NCBI GenBank assembly: GCA_024137785.1
Contig: JAHRHZ010000116.1
Location: 248,001 to 312,000, forward strand
Length of the DNA: 64,000 nt
Reading direction: 5' to 3'
Origin: Ginglymostoma cirratum
Lineage: Eukaryota
The first letter of the stretch is position 1, and each line of letters starts with the position of its first letter. Made by a program: the position numbers and the translations under genes. Below are positions 62,885 through 64,000 of the stretch, piece after piece. A model generated the notes under the pieces. The model was given only the letters and a program-made list of their open reading frames with translations, did not search any database and was not told the origin of the DNA.

Positions 62885-64000
62885 GTAAGTCGTGGATCCA
62901 AAATAAGCTCTGTCTTTGAAATGTTCAGAAATCTGGTTCTTTCCTTTCAGGATTGGTGCAAGGTTTACACATACTCATCACTAGAAAAGTGCATGGGATT
63001 TCAGCCAGTTTCCAGAATATCTCAGTGAATTGAATGAGACTACATTGTGTTCTGTTGAATGGTGGTGGATTAGCCGCACTTTAAGAGACATTGTTCAATA
63101 TGTTACGGTGCACGAAATGAAAACCTTTTCTTTGATCGCTGGAATATGAACTGCCGTATATCTAATCTATGATTATGAATCGGCTATATGACTGAATATC
63201 AGGGTTTGTTTTCGAAAGTATTAAAATTCATTCTAACGTATTTAATGGAATGTCGAATACTGGAGTACCAACGTGAAGTAACTATTTTTGCAGATAAATT
63301 TTACATCTTTACGCAGATTGCAATTTTTCATTATGTTAGGTTAAGCATGGAAATTCCTCCAATGATTACACGTGGAGAAGCAAATTTGAGTGCGAAAGAT
63401 ATAAAAAGGTGGTATGGACAGATAGTCTATAGCAAGCATTTAGGTCAGAAGGTGTGTTCCACAGGTGTTGAAGACGTGGAACCTTTGAGGGACCGAATTT
63501 CATAGACTCAGACATCGCCATCTATAGGCTTATCCACTACGTGGTCGAATGATTGATATCAAAGCTGCAAAAAGCAGTCATGTTGGAGGTACTCCAAGAA
63601 ACTAGATGATATTACATTGTTACTGGGGTGTGACGGTCAGGAATACGCAGAGACTGGAAATTTGAATGATGGCTTCATTAAAACGGACATTTGATATACG
63701 GGGTCACATTGTACATCATTGGAATGTACATCGGAACTCGCGTAGTCAGCCGTTCAGCACGTCGAGCCCGTTGGGTCATTCAAGTGCCTCATTTTGGACT
63801 TCTGGGCTAATTCCATGCGCCTGATTTACACCAGTATCCTTTAATACACTTGCTTAACTAGTTTTTTTTTGCACAAAATTACAAATAACAACATATCTAA
63901 CTTAAACTGTGCTTTATCAAAGAAACATCTGCCACTTTGTAGTATGTAAAACTGCTTCCTCACAACTTTCTTGCATGGTTTGGACCTTATTCTCAGATTA

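Noticed and set aside
1-64000. CRISPR arrays, prokaryotic operons, intact TCR D/J/C or RAG-like transposase genes
   Set aside because: The sequence is vertebrate with spliceosomal introns. No repeat-spacer array, constant-domain exon, intact FGxG J segment or transposase ORF was seen.

Overview
Eukaryotic genomic DNA from a cartilaginous fish (shark). The assignment is inferred from shark-type TCR V segments, the shark-expanded GPR139-like receptor family, and HE1-type SINE, CR1 and Penelope repeats. The window is a repeat-rich part of an antigen-receptor V-gene array. It holds two intact TCR alpha/delta-type V genes (leader exon, V exon, 23-bp-spacer RSS) on opposite strands (1275-2268 +, 14785-15256 -) and at least five decayed TCR-type V pseudogenes. 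It also holds an IgH-like V relic (34466-34810), a possible light-chain-like V relic with a 12-bp RSS (33425-33777), and a duplicated relic that may read as V-RSS23...RSS12-J (54.8-57.1 kb). Interleaved with the V genes are three two-exon GPR139-like GPCR loci: one intact 324-aa gene, one pseudogene, and one first exon whose second exon is not in the window. Two decayed tRNA genes also lie among the V segments. The rest is mobile DNA: a Gmr1-type Gypsy LTR element, CR1/L2/L1 LINEs, SINEs (one splitting an RSS spacer), and Penelope-like elements with minimal hammerhead cores. There is a 400-N assembly gap. No intact D, J or C segment was found. All assignments come from manual reading; no database search was run.
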